Shown here: piece by piece, positions 39,502 through 48,116 of the stretch | Position numbering within the stretch: the stretch's first letter is position 1 | How the letters are laid out: each line of letters begins with the position of its first letter | From: Patescibacteria group bacterium | GTDB taxonomy: Bacteria; Patescibacteriota; Microgenomatia; PFEM01; JAHIFH01 | Assembly (NCBI GenBank): GCA_035529375.1 | Contig: DATKWU010000009.1 | Span: 223,124-287,123 of the forward strand | Reading direction: 5' to 3' | DNA length: 64,000 nt | The notes under the pieces: generated by a model | Told to the model about the DNA's origin: nothing | Seen by the model: the letters and a program-made list of their open reading frames with translations, nothing else | Database searches by the model: none | Position numbers and translations under genes: made by a program

Positions 39502-39530
39502 GAAAAACCAAGAAAATCAACCTATAGAAT

Positions 39531-42413
39531 TTAAGACCAGGCTTCACAGATAAGTTTGTACTCGCAAAAGTCACACCAGACTCCGGGTCTTGGTTCAAAT
39601 TGACTTCTCTCAATTTCCTTGGCTTTTTTGATTAGGTCTTTTTTTGCTTGAATCAATTGTTCTTTGCTTCTTTGAGTTGATTTTTTCTCACCTGTATCAA
39701 GGAAATAAAAGGACAAAACCACGTCTTCTGGATTTTGTCTGAGAATTCCCGGGTCAATCGCTGCTAAAGCATAAACACTCATTTGTAATGATCTGTCCAA
39801 TTCTTTTTGATCAATCACTTTTCCGGTCTTGTAATCAATAATTTCCATTCCTGACTTGGTTTCGTCGATCCGGTCAATTCGACCGCCAATCCTTAGACCT
39901 TCTTTGGCTTTAATCACAAAATTTTGTTCTAAATACTTAGGTAAGTGGTCCAGGTTATAGCCTTTATCATAGAATTTTCTTAACATCCGTTCAGCTTCTT
40001 TCCGCATCCGCTTTTCATGAGCCTTAGAGGTATAACCTTCGTCGCTCCAATTTTTATCTAAAGTATTTAATAAATCTTTTTTTGTTGGTTTTTTATCTTC
40101 TAAGGCTGCTTGATAAAAATCTTTTAAGGTTTGATGAATCACATTACCAAAACCAGCCGCCGGTGGGGTTGGCGTGGGAATTCTTTGAATGTAACGATAA
40201 CGGTATTGGAGAGGACATTTATCATAAGTCTCTACCTGAGAAAAAGATAAATAATTAATAGGTAAGCGGTTTCTTTCTGACTTTACTTCTGGGGTTGGTC
40301 TAAAATCAAAAATAGTTAATTGATCATCAGCTTTTATTGGCTTTTTAATTATTTCTTCACCTAAGGCTTCTGTTACAAAAGAAGAAATCTTTTTCTCTCT
40401 TTTGGCTTCACCATAATAATTGGCGGCCGTTAAAAACAAACGGTCACAAGCTCGGGTCATGCCCACGTAAAATAACCGCCTTTCTTCTTGTTCGTGATAA
40501 TCACCTATAGGTAAAGTTTCTTTAATCAAAGCTTCAGGAATCGGAATTTGTTCTGGTCTTTCTCGGGTGGGGAAACGAGCTGTTACTAAATTAACCAAAA
40601 AAACCACCGGAAACTCCAGACCTTTAGCTGAATGAACGGTTAGGAGATTAACTCGATTTTCTTCAGTCCAATCCAAATTACTGGCTAAGGGTGATTCACC
40701 TAAATCCATGGAGAGATTAAGCCAATTAACTACGGCTCTGACCGAGGCATCCTCATGATCAACTTCATAAGTCTTAAGGCGATCAAAAAATTTAGAAATA
40801 TTTTGGGCTTGTTTTTCTTCAGTCGGTGATTTGTAATCAGCTAAATTCTTTAATAAACCGGTGTCTTCAAGAAAATAATAGAGAATTTGACCAGCCGTTT
40901 CTTTGGAAAGGAGTTTAAGATGACGGTAAACCATTTTAACAAATTCATCAATCTGATTTTTGGTTTTTTTACTGATTCTTAGTCTCTCTGCTTGTTCACA
41001 AGCTTCAAACAAAGAAAGGTTCTTTCTCTTAGCATAATTATTAATAGCCGCCAAATCCCGGGCATCCAGATTGAATAAATCCAGGGAAAGAACTCGGTAA
41101 AGAGCCAGGTCATCTTCGAAATTGTAAAGGATCTTAAGATAAGCAATTAAGTCTTTGACTTCAGCTTGACGAAAGAGTTGACCGGGACCAAGAAATTGAT
41201 AAGGCAGACCCTGGCGAGCCAGGGCCCGGACAAAAGGTTCAGCATGATTGTTTGCCCGAACTAAGATAGCGATGTCCTGATAGTCATAACTACCAACTGA
41301 ACCATCAATCAGACTTTTAATCGTTTTAGCCACGGCTTCAGCTTCGTTTTCCACCCGATCAGTCTGAATAAACTCAATTGGCTTACCTTTAATTTTTCTG
41401 ACGGCTTTAAGTTTTTTATCGATTTTTTCTTTGACCTCTAAGCGATCAGGGTTGTTATTTTGAATTAACTGGTAGGCATGATCAAGAATTATTTGGCTAG
41501 AACGATAGTTTTTAGCAAGAACCACAATCTTAGCTTTGGGATAGTTTTTTCGGAACTGAATAACATTGGAAACGGCAGCTCCCCGAAAACGATAAATTGA
41601 TTGATCATCATCGCCAGTCACGGTAAGATTCGCTTTCTTGCCTGCTAAAAGCATCGCCAATTCATTTTGGGCATAATTGGTATCTTGAAACTCATCAACT
41701 AAAAAATATTTAAATTTATTTTGATACTGATGGAGAATATTTTTTCGGGTTCGAAAAAGTTTAATGGTTTTACTAATTAAATCAGCAAAATCCATCATTC
41801 CTTCTTTAATTTTTAATTCTTCATAGGTTCGATAAGCATTGGCTAATTCCAATGTCTTGGTCGCTTCATCCTTGGCTTCTTTGGTCTTAGCTTTTTGTTT
41901 TAATTTCCGAGCGTGCTTCAGATATTCTTCAGGCAAAATATCTTCATCTTTTAATCGAGAAAAATGTTGGAGAAGACCATCTACAAATTTAGTCGGATTA
42001 CCTAAGGGCCGAAAATATTCAAGTTTAAATTTAAAAAGATGGTTAATCAGAAACTGGGTGGTTTCTGCCTGGGCCATCAGTTTGTAACCCGGATCAAGGC
42101 CAATCTGGAGGGCTTCTTGGCGCAAAACCCGGTCACAAAAAGAATGGAAGGTGGCAATCCACATATCGGTGTAACCATAAGGCATGGCAATATCGACTCG
42201 TTCTTCCATTTCTCGAGCCGCTTTATCAGTAAAAGTCAGAGCTAGAATTTCAGCGGGTTTGGCTTTTTCAGAAGTCACCAACCATTTAATTCTTTCTGTA
42301 ATGACCGTGGTTTTGCCAGTGCCAGCGCCAGCCATAATCAAAAGAGGGCCTTCGCCGTGTTTAATTGCTTCTTGCTGTTTCTTGTTTAATTTTTTCCCTT
42401 TGGAATTAGCCAT
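39531..42413 (-). CDS. UvrD/PcrA-like helicase fused to C-terminal PD-(D/E)XK (Cas4/AddB-type) nuclease
   Basis: 960 aa; helicase motifs (AGAGTGKT, DEFQDT); C-terminal IIDYKTGK and CDFCEYKLIC Cys cluster. Confidence 0.85.
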   Translation of the reverse strand: MANSKGKKLNKKQQEAIKHGEGPLLIMAGAGTGKTTVITERIKWLVTSEKAKPAEILALTFTDKAAREMEERVDIAMPYGYTDMWIATFHSFCDRVLRQEALQIGLDPGYKLMAQAETTQFLINHLFKFKLEYFRPLGNPTKFVDGLLQHFSRLKDEDILPEEYLKHARKLKQKAKTKEAKDEATKTLELANAYRTYEELKIKEGMMDFADLISKTIKLFRTRKNILHQYQNKFKYFLVDEFQDTNYAQNELAMLLAGKKANLTVTGDDDQSIYRFRGAAVSNVIQFRKNYPKAKIVVLAKNYRSSQIILDHAYQLIQNNNPDRLEVKEKIDKKLKAVRKIKGKPIEFIQTDRVENEAEAVAKTIKSLIDGSVGSYDYQDIAILVRANNHAEPFVRALARQGLPYQFLGPGQLFRQAEVKDLIAYLKILYNFEDDLALYRVLSLDLFNLDARDLAAINNYAKRKNLSLFEACEQAERLRISKKTKNQIDEFVKMVYRHLKLLSKETAGQILYYFLEDTGLLKNLADYKSPTEEKQAQNISKFFDRLKTYEVDHEDASVRAVVNWLNLSMDLGESPLASNLDWTEENRVNLLTVHSAKGLEFPVVFLVNLVTARFPTRERPEQIPIPEALIKETLPIGDYHEQEERRLFYVGMTRACDRLFLTAANYYGEAKREKKISSFVTEALGEEIIKKPIKADDQLTIFDFRPTPEVKSERNRLPINYLSFSQVETYDKCPLQYRYRYIQRIPTPTPPAAGFGNVIHQTLKDFYQAALEDKKPTKKDLLNTLDKNWSDEGYTSKAHEKRMRKEAERMLRKFYDKGYNLDHLPKYLEQNFVIKAKEGLRIGGRIDRIDETKSGMEIIDYKTGKVIDQKELDRSLQMSVYALAAIDPGILRQNPEDVVLSFYFLDTGEKKSTQRSKEQLIQAKKDLIKKAKEIERSQFEPRPGVWCDFCEYKLICEAWS

Positions 42414-42422
42414 CGTGAAGAG

Positions 42423-43436
42423 TTAATCTCCCTTCATCTTTAATTGTTTTGTTTCTTCTCCTGCGCCTTCACTTAAAGAATCGGTTGAAGATAGTTTTTG
42501 GCCTAAGAGAGTAAAACCAGAAAGAACATTACTCATTTGGTTGTAAGCATTCTGGAGATGTTTGCCAAGAACCGAAAGAGAACTCTCGGTCTTTTCATAA
42601 TCTTTTCTAATCGCCCTTAAAAGTCGAAAAACTTCCCGGGAACGACTTTCTATTTTCTTACCTTCAAAAGACAAGAGAATTGTCTGGAGATGAGCGTAAA
42701 GAGTTGAAGGGGAAACCGGATAAACTCGATGGCTTCGAGCAAAGTCGGTCAAATCAGGAATATTGGCAATTTCATAAAAAACCGCTTCTGAAGGAATATA
42801 CATTAAAGCAAAATCCATTGTCCCTTCTTCAGGCAGGATATACTTTTGGGAAATTGTTTTAATGTGTTTCTTAACATCAGCCACAAAAGAGACCCTAGCT
42901 TTTTTCTTTTCTGCTTCGTTTTCAGCTTTAACAATTCGTTGAAAATTTTCCATGGGAAATTTAGAATCAATAGGTAAAAGACCTGCATCCGTTCTCAGGG
43001 CGGCATCGACCTTTTCCCCTGATTTAAAACTGTATTGAAGATAAAAGGCATTTTTGGGAAACATTTGGGAAATTAAGTCTTTTAAAACTTCCTCACCAAT
43101 ATTACCTCTTAACTTAGGACTCTTTAAAAATTCTTGTAAGTCACGCATTGACCGACCAATTTCACTGAATTGACCCGCCTCTTTTTGAAGATCACCAATC
43201 ACTCGGGCGGCCCGATCAAGCCGGGTGGCAATGGCATCAGTATTCTTTTGCAAAGTATCGGTAATGTTCTTGTTGCTTTTTTGCAACAGATCTTGGTTCG
43301 CCCGAAGCCATTCAACTAGAGTTTCGTCTGGTTTGTTTTTTTCCGCAATTTGAGAAAGTTTTTTGTTAATCAAAAAAACCGCCAGGGCAATGGCGCCAAT
43401 AATCAAGGCCGTTAAAAGGTAAAATTCGTTGGGCAT
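42423..43436 (-). CDS. rmuC: DNA recombination protein RmuC
   Basis: N-terminal TM plus long coiled coil and C-terminal RmuC nuclease-like domain (YILPEEGTMDFALMYIPSEAVFYE). Confidence 0.8.
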   Translation of the reverse strand: MPNEFYLLTALIIGAIALAVFLINKKLSQIAEKNKPDETLVEWLRANQDLLQKSNKNITDTLQKNTDAIATRLDRAARVIGDLQKEAGQFSEIGRSMRDLQEFLKSPKLRGNIGEEVLKDLISQMFPKNAFYLQYSFKSGEKVDAALRTDAGLLPIDSKFPMENFQRIVKAENEAEKKKARVSFVADVKKHIKTISQKYILPEEGTMDFALMYIPSEAVFYEIANIPDLTDFARSHRVYPVSPSTLYAHLQTILLSFEGKKIESRSREVFRLLRAIRKDYEKTESSLSVLGKHLQNAYNQMSNVLSGFTLLGQKLSSTDSLSEGAGEETKQLKMKGD

Positions 43437-43474
43437 AGCTTCAATTTTAGCACAAATTAGCGTATGATTAAATC

Positions 43475-43852
43475 ATGAAAGAAAAAGAATTTTCAAGAGA
43501 AGAAGCTCAACCTAAGCAACTGATCCGAAGAACATTAAACTTTAGACAACGAAGGAAAAACTTTTTCCCTACTCTTCTTTTGACCATTCTCTTTTGGCTC
43601 GGTTGGACATTAGTTTTATTTAAAGTCCCACCAGAAAATCTTTTATCAATCTTGGGTTTTTTTAGCTTGCTTTTTGCTACTTTGTTTCTTACCAGTGCCC
43701 TATTTTTTGCTAATTCCCGCAGAGGTTTAATAACGGCTCTTTTTTTTGTTCTAGTACTTGTTTTTCGCTATTACCAAATTGGCAATCTTCTAAACTTAAT
43801 TATTCTTTTAGCTATTTTTGTTGCTCTAGAACTCTTTTTTAGTAAGCAATAA
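43475..43852 (+). CDS. Hypothetical membrane protein (3-4 TM)
   Basis: 125 aa; hydrophobic. Confidence 0.3.
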   Translation: MKEKEFSREEAQPKQLIRRTLNFRQRRKNFFPTLLLTILFWLGWTLVLFKVPPENLLSILGFFSLLFATLFLTSALFFANSRRGLITALFFVLVLVFRYYQIGNLLNLIILLAIFVALELFFSKQ

Positions 43853-43908
43853 TTTGACATTTTCTGCCACTTCTGTTATTAATTTAATTAAACAAACTAT
43901 CTTGCCTG

Positions 43909-43944
43909 CCCACTTTAGTAATTTGAAGTGGGTAATTTGTTTTT
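43909..43944 (+). terminator. Rho-independent terminator (CCCACTT-loop-AAGTGGG + T-run)
   Basis: 7-bp perfect stem followed by TAATTTGTTTTT. Confidence 0.55.
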
Positions 43945-43947
43945 ACT

Positions 43948-44310
43948 ATGCAAGTTTCAAAAAAGAAAGTTAACCCTAATCTGAAAAATCAGATCTACCA
44001 ACTCCTTTATCAAGTCATCGCTGATATCCGCTCAAAAAAAGAAGCCGAAACATTTCTCAATGAAGGTTTAACCGAAACCGAACTAGAAATCTTTGCCAAG
44101 CGCCTGGGAGCCGCCTATTATCTTAATAAAGGTAGAAGTTATTCCAATATTAAGGCCAATTTAAGACTTTCCAGCGCCACAATTTCTTCAGTAGCCGAAC
44201 AAATGAGAAAGGGCAAGGGTTTTGAAAATGCTCTTCAGAAAATTAATGCCGAAGAATGGGCTAATAAATGGGCGAAAAGAATCAGTAAGCGCTTTAAATC
44301 TCTTCTTTAA
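43948..44310 (+). CDS. TrpR-like YerC/YecD-family small DNA-binding protein
   Basis: 120 aa; LTETELEIFAKRLGAAYYLNKGRSYSNIKANLRLSSATISSV matches the YerC/YecD pattern. Confidence 0.45.
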   Translation: MQVSKKKVNPNLKNQIYQLLYQVIADIRSKKEAETFLNEGLTETELEIFAKRLGAAYYLNKGRSYSNIKANLRLSSATISSVAEQMRKGKGFENALQKINAEEWANKWAKRISKRFKSLL

Positions 44311-44355
44311 ATTCCTCTTTTAGATTAAGGCTAAATTTAGTAAAATTAGATCATT

Positions 44356-45774
44356 ATGGCTAGAAAATTCTATCTGACCACCGCTATTCCTTACGTTAAT
44401 GCCGCGCCCCATGTTGGTCATGCCTTGGAATTCGTCCAAACTGATGTCATTGCCCGCTATCATCGTTTTCTTGGTGAAGACACTTATTTTCTATCTGGAA
44501 CCGATGATAATGCCCTTAAAAACGTCCAGGCAGCTGAGGAGAAAAAAATTCCTGTAGAAAAATTTGTTAAACAGAATTCGGATAAATTCTATCAATTCAA
44601 AAATATTCTTAATATCTCCTTTGACGATTTTATTCGCACTACCGAAAAACGTCACGTCGAAGGAGCCCAAGCCTTATGGAAAGCTTGTAAAAAAGAGGAT
44701 ATTTACAGGAAAAAATATAAAGGCCTCTATTGTGTTGGTTGTGAAGAATTTAAAACAGAGAAAGATCTTGTTAACGGTCAGTGCCCTGAACATAAAAAAG
44801 AACCAGAATTGGTGGAAGAAGAAAATTATTTCTTCCGCCTCTCTAGATACCAAAATTGGCTAGAAAAGTTAATTACTAGTAACAAATTAAAAATTGTTCC
44901 TAAAACCCGCAAAAATGAAGTTCTCGCTTTCATCCGCCAGGGTCTTGAAGACTTTAGTATTTCTCGAACTAAAGAAAGAGCTCATGGTTGGGGAATCCCT
45001 GTTCCTGGCGACTCCAACCAAATTATTTATGTTTGGTTCGACGCTTTAGCCAACTATATTACCGCTCTTGATTGGCAAAACAAAGGCAAGCTTTATCAAA
45101 AATATTGGCCGGCTGATCTCCATGTGATTGGTAAGGGAATTATTCGATTCCATGCTATTTACTGGCCAGCTATGCTTAAAAGCGCTAGTTTACTACCACC
45201 AAAAGCCGAATTTGTCCATGGTTATATTACGGTTGAAGGCGAAAAAATCAGCAAATCAATAGGCAACGTGATTGATCCTTTCGATTTGGTTAAGAAATTC
45301 GGGACTGACCCAATCCGCTATTATCTTCTTCGAGAGATTCCAGTCTATGGTGATGGTGATTTTTCGATTCAACGATTCAAAGAAGTCTATAATGCCGATT
45401 TGGCTAATGGTCTAGGTAATTTAGCTGCCCGAGTGGCTAAGTTATGCGAAAAGTCAGGTTTTGAATTTAAAAAAACCAATCAAAAACTTTATCCCGAAAT
45501 TCAAAAAGCCCTAGTAAAGTTCCAGTTGGATCAAGCTTTGAATTTTATCTGGCAAGAAAAAATTACTGCTTGTGACAAATTCATTGATCAGAAAAAACCC
45601 TGGGAGGTTTCAGGTAAAAAACTAAAGCCAGTTTTAGATAAATTAGTTAAGGAAATCCGAGAGATTAGTTATAATCTTGAACCTTTTCTCCCAGAAACCG
45701 CCGAAAAAATTGAAAAACAGTTTCAAGGACCCAAAATCAAAGCCGAAAAACCACTTTTCCCTAGAATAGAATAA
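44356..45774 (+). CDS. metG: Methionine--tRNA ligase (class I, short form)
   Basis: HIGH region PYVNAAPHVGHA, KMSKS-type KISKS, zinc knuckle CxxC...CPEH. Confidence 0.95.
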   Translation: MARKFYLTTAIPYVNAAPHVGHALEFVQTDVIARYHRFLGEDTYFLSGTDDNALKNVQAAEEKKIPVEKFVKQNSDKFYQFKNILNISFDDFIRTTEKRHVEGAQALWKACKKEDIYRKKYKGLYCVGCEEFKTEKDLVNGQCPEHKKEPELVEEENYFFRLSRYQNWLEKLITSNKLKIVPKTRKNEVLAFIRQGLEDFSISRTKERAHGWGIPVPGDSNQIIYVWFDALANYITALDWQNKGKLYQKYWPADLHVIGKGIIRFHAIYWPAMLKSASLLPPKAEFVHGYITVEGEKISKSIGNVIDPFDLVKKFGTDPIRYYLLREIPVYGDGDFSIQRFKEVYNADLANGLGNLAARVAKLCEKSGFEFKKTNQKLYPEIQKALVKFQLDQALNFIWQEKITACDKFIDQKKPWEVSGKKLKPVLDKLVKEIREISYNLEPFLPETAEKIEKQFQGPKIKAEKPLFPRIE

Positions 45775-46562
45775 TGTTAGTTGATACCCACACTCATCTT
45801 AATTTTCAAGAATTTGAAAAAGACTTAGACCAAGTCATTAAAAGAGCCATTAAAAACAAGGTTGAGAAAATCGTCTGTGTGAGCAGTAATCTTCAAGAAT
45901 CAGAAAAAGCGATTGAAATTGCTCAAAAATATCCAGGAATTGTTTTTGCGGCCATTGGTATTCATCCCCACCAAACAGACCCGAAAACAAAATTATCCAC
46001 AAAAGAACAACTTCAAAAATTGGCTAAATTGACTAAACGAAAAGAAGTTGTTGTAATTGGCGAGTGCGGTCTTGACTATTCACCGGCCCCGCCCGGAGAA
46101 AAAGATCGGTCTCAAAAAGAACAGCTCTTTCTTTTTAAGAAACAAATTGAATTGGCTTTAAAAGAAAAACTGCCGATTAATATTCATTCTCGGAAGGCTT
46201 CTTCAGAAACCCTTGAAATTCTTGAAAGATATGGGAAAAAAGGGCTGAAAGGTATTTGGCATTGTTATTCAGCTGGTAAAAAAAGAATTAAAAGAATTAG
46301 TCAATTAGGTTTCTTTTTTGGGGTTGATGGCAATCTGACTTATGATCCTGGTTTCCAAAATGTTTTTAGCCAAATCCCCTTAGAAGAAATTGTTTTAGAA
46401 ACTGACTGTCCTTTTCTTACTCCAGAACCTTATCGAGGCCAAAGAAGTGAACCCTCTCATGTTAAAATTACCGCAGAATACTTAGCTAAATTAAAAGACA
46501 CTACTCTAGAAGAAGTTGCTAAAATTACAACTCAAAATGTCAAAAAAATCTTCAAAATTTAA
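45774..46562 (+). CDS. tatD: TatD-family metal-dependent DNase/hydrolase
   Basis: MLVDTHTHLNF start, His/Asp/Glu metal ligands spaced as in TatD. Confidence 0.85.
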   Translation: MLVDTHTHLNFQEFEKDLDQVIKRAIKNKVEKIVCVSSNLQESEKAIEIAQKYPGIVFAAIGIHPHQTDPKTKLSTKEQLQKLAKLTKRKEVVVIGECGLDYSPAPPGEKDRSQKEQLFLFKKQIELALKEKLPINIHSRKASSETLEILERYGKKGLKGIWHCYSAGKKRIKRISQLGFFFGVDGNLTYDPGFQNVFSQIPLEEIVLETDCPFLTPEPYRGQRSEPSHVKITAEYLAKLKDTTLEEVAKITTQNVKKIFKI

Positions 46563-46584
46563 AAAAGTTGACTACCCCGTCCAA

Positions 46585-47301
46585 ATGGCAAATATTAAAA
46601 AGGGTCAATGGCGCATGCAAGCACATATTAACAAGGGGGTTAGTTTAAAAGAGTTAAAAAAAGAAGAATCAAAACTTTCGCAACAAATAAAAAACATCGT
46701 AGATAATGCCTCATCACCACCTCAAACCTGTAAATTCTTCCCTGGTTCGAAACTGATTGGTTATGGCTGGGAATGGGCGGTATATAAACTTCCTGATAAA
46801 AATCACGTTGTTAAAATACCAGCAGGAATTTTCCCAGAAGTAAATGATCCTAGATATTTAGATAACATAAAATTCGCCTATCAAACATGTCGACAATTCA
46901 TTAAACCTTTTATTTTAAAAACTACTTTTGAGAGACGGGAAACTGATATTGGTCCAGTCAATATGATGTTTCAAAAATGGCTTCCTGATAAACAATATCG
47001 CTTTATTGAACCAAAAAAACTTTCATCCAAGCTAAGAAAATCACTCAAAAATTTTGGTCAAGGTTTATTAAAAATTCTAGAAAAACATGACTGGATACCG
47101 GATCTAAATCTTTATAAAAAAGTAATAAAAGGTAAAAGAGTTTGGAGTATTTGGAATTTAATGTTGGAAAATGAGGAGCCAAGAATTATTGATTCCATTG
47201 CTTATTACGACATTTTTCGTCTTTACCCAGAAAGGACAATTCAAGAAATTAAAATAAAAGGTGATGCCTGGCGAAAATTTCTAGAAGAAATTTCTAAATG
47301 A
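46585..47301 (+). CDS. Hypothetical protein with possible atypical kinase-like fold
   Basis: Gly-rich loop-like LIGYGWEWAVYK, VVKIP (VxK), HDWIPDLN (catalytic-loop-like), IID. Start moved to an ATG after the tatD stop; the ORF track gives 46516. Confidence 0.3.
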   Translation: MANIKKGQWRMQAHINKGVSLKELKKEESKLSQQIKNIVDNASSPPQTCKFFPGSKLIGYGWEWAVYKLPDKNHVVKIPAGIFPEVNDPRYLDNIKFAYQTCRQFIKPFILKTTFERRETDIGPVNMMFQKWLPDKQYRFIEPKKLSSKLRKSLKNFGQGLLKILEKHDWIPDLNLYKKVIKGKRVWSIWNLMLENEEPRIIDSIAYYDIFRLYPERTIQEIKIKGDAWRKFLEEISK

Positions 47302-48098
47302 AAATAATCACTTTCAACATTCAAGGTGGTTTTAAAATTGATCAAGTTTGTCGAGAAGTCGAAGAAAAAATTGGATTTTTTGATCTACTTTGTCTTCAAG
47401 AAGTCTGCGAATCTCCAAAAATAAAAAATCACGCCCAACAAATCGCTGAATTTTTGGGCAAGGATTACGCTTCTAAATCCTTTTTACCAATTGATTTCAA
47501 AATTAAAAACATGGGAAATGCTTTTGTTTTTAACAAAAAGGTTTTAAGACTAATAGATTCGTTTGGGCTTGTTCTTCCTTCTTTTAAACCCAATTTATCT
47601 TGGCGATCCATAGGAAAAATCTTTCCCCCGTGTGATCGCCTTTGCCATATTGGTTTTTTTAAAACCAAACAAGGAAAAATAATTAAGGTTTCTAATTTTC
47701 ATCTAGAATTCATCGGTGGTTCGACCACGCGAAAAAAGCAAGTCGATTTTTTTCTGAAGAATTCTCTTAATCCTGACAAACCTGATTTAGAGTTTATTCT
47801 TGGCGACTTCAATACGACTGGTTCTTCAAAAAAAGCTTCAGCTGAACTTAAATTATTAGAAAAAAAGGGCTTTGTTGAACTTTCTAAAAAAATTACTTGG
47901 ACTTCTAGTCCCTCAAATCCTGATCCCGCTTGGAAAAAACCCTATCAACTCTTAAGAATAGCTAAAATTTTCAGTCCCTTATTAAGAACAAAAACAGATT
48001 ATATTTTTAGCAAAGGTGAGCCAAGGCAAGCTCAATGCTCAGCCATAAATTTTTCTTCCACCGATCATCGGGCTGTTATTTTAAATTTCAGCCTTTAA
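47298..48098 (+). CDS. Endonuclease/exonuclease/phosphatase (EEP) family protein
   Basis: MKIITFNIQGG...LLCLQEV N-terminal motif; GDFN; C-terminal SDH of the EEP fold. Confidence 0.65.
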   Translation: MKIITFNIQGGFKIDQVCREVEEKIGFFDLLCLQEVCESPKIKNHAQQIAEFLGKDYASKSFLPIDFKIKNMGNAFVFNKKVLRLIDSFGLVLPSFKPNLSWRSIGKIFPPCDRLCHIGFFKTKQGKIIKVSNFHLEFIGGSTTRKKQVDFFLKNSLNPDKPDLEFILGDFNTTGSSKKASAELKLLEKKGFVELSKKITWTSSPSNPDPAWKKPYQLLRIAKIFSPLLRTKTDYIFSKGEPRQAQCSAINFSSTDHRAVILNFSL

Positions 48099-48116
48099 CT
48101 GCTATAATTACCCACA

